From Hydrolagus affinis (taxonomy: Eukaryota): a DNA stretch of 64,000 nt. The stretch's first letter is position 1; every line of letters starts with the position of its first letter. Under the pieces are notes generated by a model. It made no database searches. It saw only the letters and a program-made list of their open reading frames with translations, and was not told where the DNA came from. Of this stretch, positions 37,003 through 50,704 are shown in pieces. The translations under genes and the position numbers were made by a program. The DNA lies in assembly GCA_012026655.1 (NCBI GenBank), contig JAAILG010000013.1, forward strand, positions 124,001-188,000. Direction: 5' to 3'.

Positions 37003-39596
37003 ATTTCCTTCCAATTTAATGCAAATAAGAATCTAATTACGGGCAATTTCAATGGTATGGACTTATATCCACTGGGGACTACCCAAACCAGTTTCATATA
37101 CGACCCTTACAGCAGGCAGAAAAGAAACTGCCATCCATCAGTCTGCACTGGATTCAGATATAGACCATACTAGTGAGAAGAGAAAGCTCTTACTCTGGAT
37201 GATCTAGTTCTCTGTCAAACATTCAGCTTGCTTTTGCAAGTGCATCATAAAAATTGGTCATTTAGACATTACCGTACTAAAATTAGATGCCAACAGCAGA
37301 TTAGTCATAAAATGACATCTTGATGTAAATACTTCATCATTTTTTTATGGATACAGTTTTGGAAACAATACCCAAGGGTTCTTTTGGTTTGATTACAGAG
37401 AGTTGCTGTTGACAGTATGAAACAACATATTGAAGTGACAGCAACAATTTTCTGCTGACGCCATGATTGAAGAATAAACCGAAACAAGGCAGCGTGCTTG
37501 TGAAAGTGCAAAGGTTCTGCCTGGGTTAGCCTTTTCCGATTGGCTGAAAATTGGTTTGGAATTCCCATTCCCAGAGGCTTGTTTTAAGGTGGGATTTAAA
37601 GGTGGGATAAAAGCAGGCAGCGGGAATGAGGCAGAGAGTTCCAGAGGTTAGCTGCATAGTATCCCATAAACAGAGAGCCTTCTTCACCTCTCTTCCAAAT
37701 ATTTCATGGCCAAAATCATTCATGCACACATTATAGATGAATCTTAGTATTATTATGTTTGATTCTTTTTGTTCGAATGGTAAATGGCAAGGGATCAGGG
37801 GACCTGGCTCAGAGGAGACTGTGAAGCTGACAGTGTGAGAGGAGCCGAAGTAACCTACACGCAATCAAAATGACAAGTTTGCTAAAGCCCCCCGGGTTAC
37901 TGACTGTATCTCTACCAATGTCAATTCAGCTTGTCGAGAGTGTTGGGATTCAGCCCCGACACCCAGTCACCTCGTCCCTGTGCAGTCACCGGCACTGAAT
38001 ATTTCACATGCTCACATGCAAGAGAAACTGAACAGTTATTAAAACCACACAAAAATAGAATAAGGAAGAAGCTGTGTGGAAATATTGGATTTTTAACTAG
38101 GGGTTTTGGGGGAGGGGGGTGATAATGTATATAATACAGTAATAATAATCCCTTCCATTTGATATCGCACCTTTGAGTTGCCTCAAAGTGCTTCAGGGTA
38201 TATAGTGTAAAATGATGCAGCTGTGTGTGTTTTGTAGATCAAATGATGGTGGCTGATTCCCTGCACTGTTAATGGTTGGATACCTGAACCACCCAGAACC
38301 TCGGAAGTGGTTCACCTGGAAGCAGAGAGCCTAACAGTAGAGGTGCCCGCGAAAGGGAGCTTGCCCATGTTGAGCAAACCATCCAATTTAGGCAATTACT
38401 GTACTTTGAAATTGTTGCATAGTGCATGGGGACTGAAATTGGTGGCTTGAGCAAATGTTCCCTTGAAGGGAATAGTCCATTAACTGAAATCTTCAGCACC
38501 TGTCTGAACGCATGGGTGATTTTCATTCCGAAAAATGAAGATACGTGATGGCAAGCCAATGAGTAACCACAAAACAGTAACCACAAAATTTCACCTCCTA
38601 TTGTCATTGTCTCTGTTTACCCCCCGCCCCCACCCGACCCTCAGACAGAAGGACGGAGAGAGAGCCTAGTGAGATTCAGTGGCACGCAGCTTAAGCTGTT
38701 GTGCTGACCAGTGAAAATATCTGCCAAAGTCATATTCCAAGCCGAACAAACAAAATACTGTATTGTGGCATGTCCGTCTCAAGTGTGCGTGGACAAAAGT
38801 GAACTCAGAAGCTTTTAGTTCAAATGGTTTATCCAATTACTGCACTGCCCTGAACTGCATTCAGTTTGCTGTGGGCAAAAATAATACAGTCCGAATTCCT
38901 GTTTATCATCTTTTACAACTGCATTACTTTGTTCTATAGTGTCTCAGCTCAGAGAACCCTAACACATCCTTAATAATGCATTACAAGAACCATTTCCCAG
39001 TACTTCATGTTCTGTACAAAAAGCTGCTGTTCCCACCACTTAAAAAGCATTCACCGTATCAGGCAGAAGGTTAAACTGACATGTTAGCCTCTCCAGCACG
39101 GCTACAAACAATTAACTCTTTGAACGCTAAGAGTCTGTTGCTGCCTCCCATCACTCGGTCTGTGTCTCTGATTTGTGTCTCCGTGCTCAAACACGTTTTT
39201 AACCACACAATGAGGTGTCATTCGGGTTTAACACTTCATCAGTGAGAAACAGCTAATGCAAACTGCACAGTAGTTCCTTGGGTTTCTACTGTGTTGCTTC
39301 AGTGCTGAGAAGGAGCAAGAAATACTCATTCTCCTGGTCAGTGTTGGAAAGGTGCTTTAACGATAATAATTTATAATAATAACAATCATAATCCTTGCGT
39401 GTACTAATCTTTGCTAGTATCTGGCAGAGGACCAGGATCCACTATCTGTCATTGATTAACTGTACATATAGTCCAGTGCGCGAGCTAACTGGGAGCTGCC
39501 TACTTAAGGTGAAACGTGCCCCAGAAATTGTGTCAATGTTTTACGGTTGTTTCAGAAAACAGAACAGAACACAGGAAAACTTGACGGCTCCATTGC

Positions 39597-40020
39597 AACT
39601 ACAACAACAAAATTGCACTTATATAGCTCCTTTCACGTCGGGAGGACATCCCAAAGCGCTGAACAGTCAGGTCGGGACCCGAGCGGGGGGCGAGGGAGGG
39701 TCAGGGTAGTGGGAAGGAAAGGGGGAAGAGTTAGTGGGGGAGCCAAAGGTGCAGTCGAAGAGCAAGGTCTTGAGACCGGCCTTGAAGAAGGAAAGGGAGG
39801 AAGCGAGGCAGAGGGGCTGTGGGATGGAATTCCACAGTGTGGGAGCAGAGAGGCTGAAAGCCCGGCTGCCGATGGTTGGGTGGTTAGGGCGGTGGAGGCG
39901 GAGCAGGCCTGAGTCTGCTGAACGGAGGGTGTGGGCAGGCTGATAGGAAGACAGCAGGTCAGAGAGATAGGCGGGGGCAAGGCTGTGGATGGCCTTGAAA
40001 GTGAGGATTAGGATTTGAGT
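39597..40020 (-). mobile_element. L2 LINE 3' end, well preserved
   Basis: Open frame ILILTFKAIHSLAPAYLSDLL...LRSAD...IGSRAFSLSAPTLWNSIP...FKAGLKTLLF, then UTR, stem-loop tail and (ttg)n. Confidence 0.92.
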
Positions 40021-40059
40021 GCCTGGTTTTAAGGAAGGGTGCCCCATTCTCTTCTATAA

Positions 40060-40172
40060 TAAATATGAATAATATTTGCATTTGATATAGCGCTTTATCA
40101 CTTCTTCGAGACGTCTCAAAGCGCTTCACATAATATACTGTAAAGTGAATTGCCCGTGGATTTTGTGGAAGA
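40060..40172 (-). mobile_element. SINE tail
   Basis: tgcatttgatatagcgcttt...gagacgtctcaaagcgcttcaca. Confidence 0.8.
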
Positions 40173-40419
40173 AATTCTATTGGAATGAGCAGCTGCCTGT
40201 GGGATACGTGAAGTGCACTGAAGTGTATTGCACCAAACCCGCCTGAAAGTGACCGTTTCTCTTTAACAAAAAAGTCACAGAATCAATAATTTTGGGAATG
40301 ACACAGTGAGTTATGACATTATTGTTTCTTGATATTTACTGGGCCTAAGATTAAATTCAGCCTATTCTAATGGCATAATGGGAGTCTGAGGAAAAATTAG
40401 TTTGGGTAGTCCCAATTTA

Positions 40420-40645
40420 GGAGTAAAAGTGTTTCTCCTGGTTTCCTGACCAACATCTCCCAAATAAAAATTACTCATTCACTTCCTGGCTGTTTATGGG
40501 TCAATGCTCTGTGCAAATTAACTCCACTGTTCGCCTCCAGAATACAGTCACTACATTTTACAGTAAATCCTGTGAAGCACCTTGAGGCATCTTGACGACG
40601 TGTTAAGGCGTGATATCAAATGGAATGATTATGATTACCATTATT
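40420..40645 (+). mobile_element. Deu-type SINE 3' half
   Basis: gtttctcctggtttcctgaccaac...ctgtgcaaatt...tail. Confidence 0.7.
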
Positions 40646-42516
40646 TTTGTAAACCTACATTAGTGTAGTAACATGTGTTCTTCCAGTAGAAGACTTGTGT
40701 TGCTAATATTAAGATTTTAAAAATTAAATGCGACATATATACACAACAATTATTAACAGTTATTAGTATCACATTACACGCTGCATTTTCTACCCCATAG
40801 GCAATACGAAGTGTAATGCATTCTGGAGCTAACGGAAGAGGTTAGCCATAAAATTATCCAATGTTTTAATTCCTTTTCCTACTTTGTACAGATATTCAAA
40901 ACTTCTTGGGTAAAAGCAAATAAAAACAAAGTGGATCAAACCAAATCTGGCGTTGTATCCAAACAGGATACATTACACCCTCCTTTCAAGGCTGAAAGTT
41001 TGGACACACACCGAGCAGACCTTCAGAATCAGTTACATCTCTATAATGGTTTGGTTTGAACGTGGTAACCTGTCCTTTTCAATGTACAAAATGTACCATC
41101 AACTCTTGCTGCAGTTTCCACCTTGACATCAATGAGATAGTAATACACCTGTGGGAATACAACTGAGGAGAGCTATTTGAACCGCCAGGCAAGTTCTTAA
41201 CACTGCAAACAACTGTTTTATGGAGCTGCCACTCTAACGTTGTCATTCATGTTTTCATTTTTTTGATATAACTTCGCAAATCCCTGAAAATGTTGAAAAC
41301 TCCACCAAAACCTTTCAATTTTGCCAAGCAGGCGAGTCAAGTCAAAGCAAGAATGCATTCACACAAAGAGCAATCAACAGCTGGACTGGGTTAACAGGAA
41401 GGGGCAGAGCGTAGGATTTTACTTAACAAACAGGCTGATGCCATAATAGTAGGTCTGATATCCTGGGAGGATACCTCAAAGGATCTTTTGCAGAAACGTC
41501 TGTGCAGAGATTGAGAGAAGATTACCATGCAAAATGTAATGTGGGTAAATTTAGAATAAAAGTGCCATAACTTAATAATGATCATTGCCATTGAAAAGTC
41601 TCACAGTGGTTTACAGGATTTGCCTGTACCAGTGCAGTGAATGATTGTGTATATCAAAGACAAACTTCGTACTTTTGCACTGTATATACAGCTGAACTGC
41701 TTAAATCTCCTGTACTTTCAGGATTTGTAGTACTGTACTTTTAAACACTGGAAGCATTCTCTCCTGTACTTGTGCTATTCTATACACCTCCCTCGGTCTT
41801 TGGAGATTACTCCTCAGTGTGCAGCAGAACAGATTTAGCACTTGAGCAAATTAATTAGCAAACCTAGCAAGATGCTTACCACAGTGTTAACCACACAATG
41901 AGGTACCACTGACCACTGGCATTGGACCACTACATTGGACAAATTAGTCTTATCTAATTTTCATTTCACAAACATTTCATTGTGATTTTTTTGTGAATGA
42001 AAACAGATATTATTCCAACTTCTAGATGCAATAATTTTTGCTTCAGTCATTAATCCATTGCTCCCAGCCGCAAAAAGTCAATAACTGTAAATTTATTGCT
42101 TGGCACGGCTGAATTCCTTGGATTAAACAGGAAGAAAATCAAACTTTTAGCTTGTTTACATGCAAGTCAATGGATTTGTTGACAAATCTCTGAATATCAG
42201 ACAGTTTGGGTAATTGGAGAAATATCTCACACTAACTGTTTAAAGGATGTTCATCCAAACTCATACTTAAAGGACATTTACTAAGCCACTCTTCACAAGA
42301 TCATGCAAAATTGAATGAATTGAAATTTGAATGAAGAAAACCCTTTGGGCCTTCTGATCTCCTGGCCTCAATCACCTTTCCTGGTAACCTGTTGCATTCG
42401 TTCTTGAGCATACGTGAAACAATATTCACTATGAACCTGAAATTCTGCATTTGATATAGTGCCTTTCACATCGGGATGACGTCTTAATGCACTTCACAGG
42501 ATTTTACAATATTTGC

Positions 42517-42840
42517 GGAGTCCTGTAGTTCAGTGGTTAGTGCACTCGCCTTGCAAGGGAGAGACCTGGGTTCGATTCTAGGCAGGGGGAAACCTTGGGC
42601 AAGTTTCCTTACTCCACAGGCCTGACAATAATCCCTCAAAATTTTTTATCATAAATTGGTCATTCCAATCCACGATTATACGAATGTAACTTTGTTGTTG
42701 TTATTGTGGGAAATTGCTATGCACAATTGGCTGCTGCATTTTGCCCACAAAATATACAGTCAATTCACTTTACAGTATACTCTGCGAATTCCGCCTTGGG
42801 TTGTCCTCCTGACATGAGGATGGGAAGAAGGATTATTTAT
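42517..42840 (+). mobile_element. tRNA-Ala-headed SINE abutting an inverted SINE tail (42441-42510)
   Basis: ggagtcctgtagttcagtggttagtgcactcgccttgcaagggagagacctgggttcgattc head, then body and an L2-like tail. Confidence 0.85.
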
Positions 42841-43129
42841 AGTGATTTTGTATTTTGTAGGAGGGTACGATAGCAGCACAGGAATGTCCCACAAACAGCC
42901 AGGAAATGATATGACCAGTCTCCCCCCAAAGTCTTATCTTGCTTCAGTTATCTGGCAAATCAAAGTCATATTAAATAAGTGATAAATTAGAGCAAGGCAT
43001 GATCAATAAGATGAATTGTAGGTGTCCTTGCTTCAAGCATTTGCTTGTGAATGATTTCTAAATATTACTGGATTTATTCAGAAGGCTGCTACCTTACAGG
43101 AGGTAAAATATTAGTCTTGCATGCTCACA

Positions 43130-43545
43130 TAAGAGTAATGAAGATAAATGAGTCTGTAATTAGGTGATCATTTTGGGGGGGGGGAATGGTAATTAATTTG
43201 GTACTTTCTCCGAAATCACTAATTATGGTAAATTATATTCCCTGGAAAAATTTCCCACTAAATTGTTCATTAAACAAAATTAATCAAATAAAGCACCTTT
43301 AATTCCTTCCCGGCAAGAACTTTCTAGAATGTTCATTAACTTCAATGGCAATCGCTCCGCCCACTTCCTTGCAAAATTTCCATCAATATCCAATTAATAA
43401 TAAAAAAATGTCTGCAACTCAAACCTTTGCCTCATTAATTTTTACTCGAATGCATGGTGTCATTGATGGCATTACAATTATCTATTAAACTGGGCCTTAA
43501 GACCTGCATCAGGTTTCCAATATTAAATGTAAATTAAAAATTGTA
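43130..43545. promoter_or_regulatory. Candidate conserved non-coding element / enhancer
   Basis: Repeat-free, AT-rich and dense in TAAT/ATTA sites, inside an intron of a developmental transcription factor. Conservation not tested. Confidence 0.45.
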
Positions 43546-44109
43546 CCCCCAACTCCACAAACATGGTATTTTTCGCTATCTTAGCATATGTCCCATTAAA
43601 TGGTCCTTGCGTACGATTGAACAATGCTTTGGGTTGAAGGCACCTCTTTCAATGGAGAAATCGCTTCAATGCACCGCAGAGAGATACCAAAGTCAAAACA
43701 AGTTAATGGAACATGCTGAAGGTAGCTTGATCAGTCAATTCTGAATAACCAATAGAAATCAAACAATTCACACGGTACTCAAGTGGGGGAGTTGTGTAGT
43801 CGGAGGTGTCCAACGAAGGAAATATCAGATTAAGATCCCGTATGCTTGGTGACGTTAAAGATCACACAGCATGATTTGAAAAGAGAGTTTCTTTTGGTGT
43901 CCTGTCTAACAATAGCTGCAGCAAAAATTGGTCGTGCTGTATGTACGACTTTGCGGTGTGCAAATTGTCCGCCCTGTTTTCCTACAAAATTGTCTGCCCC
44001 GTTACAGCAAAATCCTGTGACGTGCTTTGAGATGTTTGCTCTAGATGAAAAGCGCAACATCAAATGCATGGAATATGATTATTATTATTATCATTTATTA
44101 GGCTAAATC

Positions 44110-44200
44110 CTAGAATTTTACAGCACAAAAGGAGGCCATTCTGCCCATCGCGTCTGTGCAGGCTCTTTGAAAAGACCTATTTAAAGTCATTCCCAATCCC
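44110..44200 (-). mobile_element. CR1 3' terminus
   Basis: Reverse complement gatgggcagaatggcctccttttgtgctgtaaaattcta, typical of CR1 3' ends. A plus-strand equivalent lies at 53650-53768. Confidence 0.65.
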
Positions 44201-44574
44201 TGGCATCCATAAATGGACCACCCAATTTCAGGAGCACATTTTTGATGAGCCGCCAACTTTTGCCATCTGTTCTCACCCATGTCGACAGTGTTCTTTACCT
44301 TGCCACTTGTCCCTCTTCTCTTCCCAAGCCTCAGGTATCCTGTAGGCAAAGCATTTTTTTTTTTGCCTTACAAAAAGACAGAATGCCTACACAGTGTCTG
44401 TTATGATGAGATGCCATGAACAACTGTCTTGCTCTGAAAGAGAAGGTAGAACATACCTCCAGTGCCTAGTACAACAATCGATCACATGTGCAACACACTA
44501 AACCAGACAGACAGGTTCTCCTCTGAGCCACTACGCAAAACTAGATCTTGTTCACTTTATTTGTTCAGGCCCTA

Positions 44575-44690
44575 TTTTGCCCACACAATATACAGTCAAT
44601 TCACTCTACAATATATCGTGTGAAACGCTTTGAGACGTCCCAACAACGTGTCAAAGTGCCATATCAAATGCAAGGATATTATTATTATTA
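44575..44690 (+). mobile_element. SINE tail
   Basis: Shared tail with (att)n. Confidence 0.8.
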
Positions 44691-47094
44691 GCGCATTTTG
44701 ATAATGGCAGCACAGAATCAATGTTGCCCGACATAAGAAACGGTAATTTTGCACCGGCCTTCTCCAGTGCTGCAATAAAACTGCTATTTACTGCAATTTT
44801 TCGCAAAGGGAAAGCTAACACGCATCGGCTACAAGTGAAGATTTGAAGTTAATAAATAATAAGGACTGTAGCATTTTCTATGGTGCATTGTTACTCTGAA
44901 ATCAATTTGACAAGAGGCTGGGTTTAGCCTGTTGGAAGCTCTCTGTGGGTGTGGGGACACTGCGGGAATAGAGGCAAACTCGGAGAAACGCCACTTGCAC
45001 GCAAGGAATGAGTGACAGATTCTCTGCGTAATGCAAAACAAAGAGCTGCTGTATTGAAAGAGGGCCTTGATGGATGACTCTGGAAGATAGATAGTTACTA
45101 TAAATCATGTCTTTGGACCACTGACAAAGATAAAGGTAGAATGGAAAAACAATGGCTTTTGTGACACTTTCTTCCCTAATGTGTGTTGACCAATATTGAG
45201 AGGTGCAGGACAAAACCTATAATTATGTGAATAGTGTCATTTGCTCAAAGGCTTTGTTCTCCTGCAATTGGTGCACAGTGGGCTCGGTGGGAGACTGCAG
45301 GCAATGTTTCTTTCATTGCATTTTAAAGAGTTTTCTCAATTGCTATAACACTTGTGACTCGGATTACATTTTACTCAGATGAATGATCATTAACCATACC
45401 CAGGCAGACCTGTGTGTGTCAATACAGGATGCTTCCTGGATGATATACGAAACATGCAAGTACAGCGTTCCAATGAACCTAGCCCATTCACACACCAAAT
45501 CTACTGCAACACCCGAATGCCAATACAATTAAATAGGTCGTCAAACCATGACATTCTCTGCGATGTATGAATGCAGCGCTTATGATAATTGCTCCAAGCC
45601 TCATCAATTGTTGGTTAAATAGGATGCTCCGCCACCGTGAAGCACTCTGTGTGAGGGATGCTACATAAATGCAAGTTGTTGTTGTTAGAGAAATAGAAAT
45701 GGGCTATTATCAGTTCTCCGTTCCATTGTAGAGCCTATTCATTATCTTCTCTCGTACACCACACACACTGCAGTCTGATTTGAATATCACATCCCGCAAT
45801 GTTATTTCAAAACCAGTTGATGCAGTGTGAATGATCGGGGAGATTCGGGATTTCTTGAAACGAGAGCTTTGTAAGATCCCCGTAGGTGAAGGGAAAGCGG
45901 GACTTGTGACAGGTACCACATTATCCACAAATGGGGTCAAAAGGCAGTCAATAGTTAGCACTGGCCTTGGGGTGAACCCCTCCTGACCCTCCCCCTTGCC
46001 AGGGCCATCTTCAGTCGATGTGATAATACGAGCAGGGATTGTATTAAATGTCGTACTTACTCTCCCCCTCCCACAAAGATCCATCATTTGGGAGGTAAAA
46101 GTCAAAAGCTGACTGTGGTGACAAATGCAAGCAAAACACCAATTCTTAAAAAGCATCATGCCTTCACGGCTGTTTTCCTGGTGAAACTATTTAAAGCAAA
46201 GGTCAGGGTCCTTCCTCTTTTGTTGCTGTTAGCGTCTCTTTTGGACTTCTCTTTCCAATGGTCGTTTAACCGTACGCTAGGGGGAATCCACCGCAAATGA
46301 TCTCTGGGGAGCTCAACAGTCTACGCGCTAATTGAAAGTACATAGGGTTAGCAGTGATGCCCAGCTCGGTCTTCAAATGGCCCACAACACTGGAGGCGAT
46401 CATTCATCCTTGCAGAGTTCAATAGTTTCAATGACCCTGCGTGCACTCTCTGAACTCAGGGAGCATTCACAATCCCTGGTGCTGGAAAGTAGAACAAGAC
46501 ATTTACACAGCGGAATCCAGGGCGTACAACTAAAATAACTCAGTTATTTCACATAGCGCTGTACATTATGGGAGGCAAACTTTTAAATAATGAAGTAGCG
46601 CTTTATCATTTGATAATTAATCATCCAGGACTTTATTTTGTTGTTGAAAAAAAAACACGAGCTGCTTTGTCTGTCAAATTTAATAAAGAATCTTCTAAGA
46701 GTCTCTTGAAACTTTGGAGAGAAATTGGCCCGTCGTGGCTTCCTGTTTAAGTTTCAGTGGTGAAAGTATTTTGGAACGTTCTTGAATGGCTTTAAAGTTC
46801 TTAAGGCAAAGCCAGGTCTGCGGGCTACGAAGACGCTTTTTATTATTAATTGGAACTCCGTTCTGAAGCCGTGCGACCCCACTGTAGAGGCAGAGGTTTC
46901 ACCCACCCTTCCCTGGGAGGCAGAAATCCCGGAATTCAGGAAATCTCACAATTCTATTTGGCTATTTCTGAGCAAGAACTCAGCCATTGCGAAACATGCT
47001 CTCTGACTACGCAATACAAATTCACGGAGTGAGGAACACTCCCCTCTCTCTCTCTCTCTCTCTGCGAGGAAGTATTCGCTCCTCACTCCCTGCC

Positions 47095-47592
47095 TTCCTG
47101 GCTCAGTTGGGAGCACTCTTACTGCTGAGTAAGGTGAGACAAAAAGCCGCAATCTCATCTGTCTGATCAGGTGGATGTTAAAGATCCTGTGCTGCCATTC
47201 AGTGAAGGGAGTTTCTTCTAGTGTCTGGGCTAGCATTCCCCCCACAAATTCCTCCCTCCATAGGCTGCAGATAATCCAGAACTCTGTGGCCCGTGTCCTC
47301 TACCGCTACCTCCTACCAAACTGCTCACTCCCTCCGCTCAGCGGGCTCCAGCCTGCTCCATGTCCCCCGACTCACCCATTGGCGGGTGAGCTTTCAGATA
47401 CTCTGTAATTTTGTTATTGTTGTTGTCATTCATTTTATGGCTGGTTGGGGAACATTAAGCTGTGTGCAAATGGGCTGCCTCGTTCGTCTACCAACATTTT
47501 TTTCAGTCACTACACTTGACAGTAAATCCTGTGAAGCACTTTGAAACATCCCGGGGAGATAAAGCGCGACACCAAACGCAATAATTATTTAT
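47095..47592 (+). mobile_element. Deu-domain SINE with embedded L2 ORF2 fragment (~47250-47400)
   Basis: Head tggctcagttgggagcactcttactgctgagt and core caggtggatgttaaagatcc, then SSLHRLQIIQNSVARVL (L2), then SINE body and tail. Confidence 0.7.
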
Positions 47593-49797
47593 GAATTAAA
47601 TAATCCAAGTGTATATGTTAATATGATCGGCCACATTCTTGTGCTTGTTGTGATTAATGTGATGCGAGCCCCTGAGTATCGCTGCTCATTGCTCACGATT
47701 AGCGGGCGCAAAGCCGCTGCACAACTCCTTGGGAATTTTGGCTCCAGCCGGGATTAAAAAAAATCACATCAGTGTGATGTCTGTCGGGAGCAAGGGATCC
47801 TGATGCCAAACAAGCACACTCCGGCGTTGGGGGCAGCGCAAACAGAATGCCAAGGTCACGCCAGAGTGCCCATCTTGCCAGGTCTCCTGGTTACCTGGCA
47901 ACAGAGATACTGACAGGCTGGAATCAGCAGCTTGTTAGCCACCTCCTCATCTTAAAGTGGTCCAGGCACGCACGCACATTATCTGTAATTAGAGCTTCCC
48001 CGACACGAGAACAGACCTACGACAGACGGGAGACTTGGAGTTCACAATAAAGCACTTTCTGCGCAGATGCAAATGGGATCTCGGAGATGATCGGGACGCT
48101 TTTCTTTCTTTTAGAAAAAAACACACACAAAAAAAAGCAAAGGGACTAAACGCGCGAATTGAACTGATTATTAATTTTGTAAACGAAAGGCCGCACAGTT
48201 AATTACATTCAACTTCCTTGGATATTAGGCCGCGCTCCATTTTTGTGCGTACAATAAAGTCGAGAGAGAATGCTTGCCTGGAACGCTCGACCAGGAATTG
48301 TTTTAGAAGCCACTTCGTATTTTGTCAATTATTGCAATGCTGTTACCAATTATACCATATTAATTGGCTGAGGACCATAGAAAACTAACAAAAGACGCAT
48401 AGTTTCAGTCAACCTTGGAAGATTTCACAATCCTTCGTCAGAACTGCTCCGTGAAGTTAAGTCTGAAAATAATGGACAGCGACAGAAAACAAATGAAATC
48501 ATTTTAATTAAATATGCATAATTTAATGATAACAATGAGATGAAAGGCAGCCCAGCTATTCTTTATTAGCAGCTTTGTAAACCGTGTAAACGCTCGCACA
48601 TTCATTCCGCCTGCGATCTACTCCTAATGTGAAAATCTCTCCGTGGAAATAGTGTAGTAATCCACCCACTCATCCATTCACCCACAACCCCCCCTCCCAC
48701 CACCCGACCCATTCTCGAAAGAAAATCTTTCGCTTTAAGAGTGCATACTGCTTTCCATCTGATATCATTTCAAAGCTCATGTATGTATATTCTACTCCAG
48801 AAACTAGGCTGCAGATTTTCCATGAACGTCTATTCCTGTTAAAAGTATTTTTTTTACAAAGCTGTTGACCTCCCTTTCCCTTCCCTCCTCCTCCTCCCCC
48901 ACTCCCCTCCCCCTCCCCCTCGTCCCTTGCCTTTTTGCCGAACAGACCACCATGGAAGGTTCACGCCATTTATGACAGAATGATACTGTTCACTTCCATA
49001 ACCCATCAAACTGTTTTTCTTGGAAAAAGGTAAACCAAACAGCAGCCAACTGCTCCCTAGCAATAAAAGCCAAGACCGTGTAGTCATCCATCAAAGCAGA
49101 GGCATTCTCTATTCCTCGTTCTCCCTGAAGCCTGGCCACCTCTTGTGTTACAGCTTTTAACAATAACTCTAAATAATATTAGCAATGACAAATGGCACCA
49201 TATCTTCAATATCCACAATCAATATTTGCTTTAAAGCAGCATTCATCTCTGATTGTATTGACCGGGAGCCTGAGAGACGGCTAGAAACATGGTCCCTACT
49301 TCAGACTAGAGTCTGAAGGACACACAGCAGGAAATTTGGCACAAATTTTCCCAGCTGTATTGGTTTTAGGAAACAGTGATATTTTACTGCTTGCATGGAC
49401 TGAAAACATCTGTTCGTAGATAGAGGGGAGTGGGCGGGTGGGGAGTGGGGGGGGTTGGAACAGAGGAATGAGAGAGAAAATGAGCTGCTCAGTTAATGAA
49501 AATACAATGATGTCATGTTCCTATTTCATTAAACTATGTTTTTTTGCTTTTTTTTTAATAAAACATAAAATGCTGGATTTGCACAGACGAGCCCTTTCCA
49601 AGTCACTATTCCAAAGATTAACTATACAGACATCACAAGCTATTGTATTTCATGCAGTTGCTCCCTAGATAATCAATTCCTTCTTCAAGATTGGCCGCTC
49701 AGGGCAAACTAACGTTTGGGATCCAATTTCTTGAACTGTGACTGTAAGTGCAAAGTATAGAGCATTTTGGAGAGTAAGCCATAGGGCTAAAGCACTG

Positions 49798-50400
49798 TAT
49801 GTCAGCCTGGTTCAGCTGGTAGCTCACTCGCCTCTGCATCACAAGGGTAATATACTATAATAATCCTTGCATTTGATAAGGGGCTTTTCACGTCTTCTAG
49901 ACGTCTCAAAACGCTTCACAGAATATTCTGTAAAGTGAATTGCCTGTACATTTGTGAGCGAAACGCAGAAGGATATGGGTTTGTGTCCTCATGCAGGACT
50001 TTGTGCTCACACAATTGAGGCTGGTGGTGTTGCGTTCTTTGGGTTGCTATGCTTTGGATGAGATGCTATACCCAGGTTCTGTCTGCCTGTTCAGGTGGAC
50101 TGCAAAGTTCCCACTTCGGATTTTGTGTTCTTCAATAACCTTCAGGCAGTTGGGAGTCCCTTACCCCACTCTCTGGAACTCTATCCTGAATCCCTCTGCC
50201 TTGTCATCGCCATTACCTCCTGCAAGGCCTTTTTCAAGACCTTGCCCCTTGACTGTGCCTTCGACCACACTCCCAATCCCATCCCCACCCCCCCTATCCT
50301 CCAACTCTCGATTCTAACTCCCAATTCAGGTGTAAATCCAGTGCCTTGGGACGTTCTTCTGATGTGGAAGGCATTATATAAATGTAATTTGTTGTTGTAA
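49798..50400. mobile_element. Nested cluster: plus Deu SINE interrupted by a minus SINE tail (49857-49966), followed by a plus L2 3' end (~50140-50400)
   Basis: Head at 49798-49848 resumes at 49967. L2 residues PTLWNS / KAFFKTLPLDCAF and a (ttg)n tail follow. Confidence 0.75.
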
Positions 50401-50704
50401 TGAACACAATGGACTCTGTGCAATTCCTTAAAATAACATTAAGGGCTAATAATCCATCCACATTTGCAACCCATTTGTTAGTTGCTTCCAGTAAGAAAAC
50501 AATTAGAAATGGGAATGAAGGTTTATATCTTTCCCATTAAGAATCACAATTGACATTGGTTTGGGAGTATAATATTTCTTGGAAAATATGTTGTATGCTT
50601 ACAAGGATTGAATTATTCTGGCACAAGCCATCAACCTCCCAGCTGGAAGAGCAATGTGGTTGTGCGAAGCCTGGAAATAGTAATACAACAATAATAATCA
50701 TTAT

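Noticed and set aside
39212-39250. Minus-strand CTGATGA-stem-GAA hammerhead-like motif
   Set aside because: GAAT replaces GAAA and there is no valid cleavage triplet.
39547-40047. Several 100-126 aa ORFs as novel genes
   Set aside because: They are the L2 ORF2 remnant and its alternative frames.
45710-46159. 149-aa minus-strand ORF
   Set aside because: No recognisable domain or coding-like composition; length is within chance expectation.
48394-48445. Minus-strand hammerhead-like CTGACGA...GAAAC-tatgc-GTC
   Set aside because: Stem II is not closed next to GAAA and no stem I pairing is visible; at most a decayed remnant.
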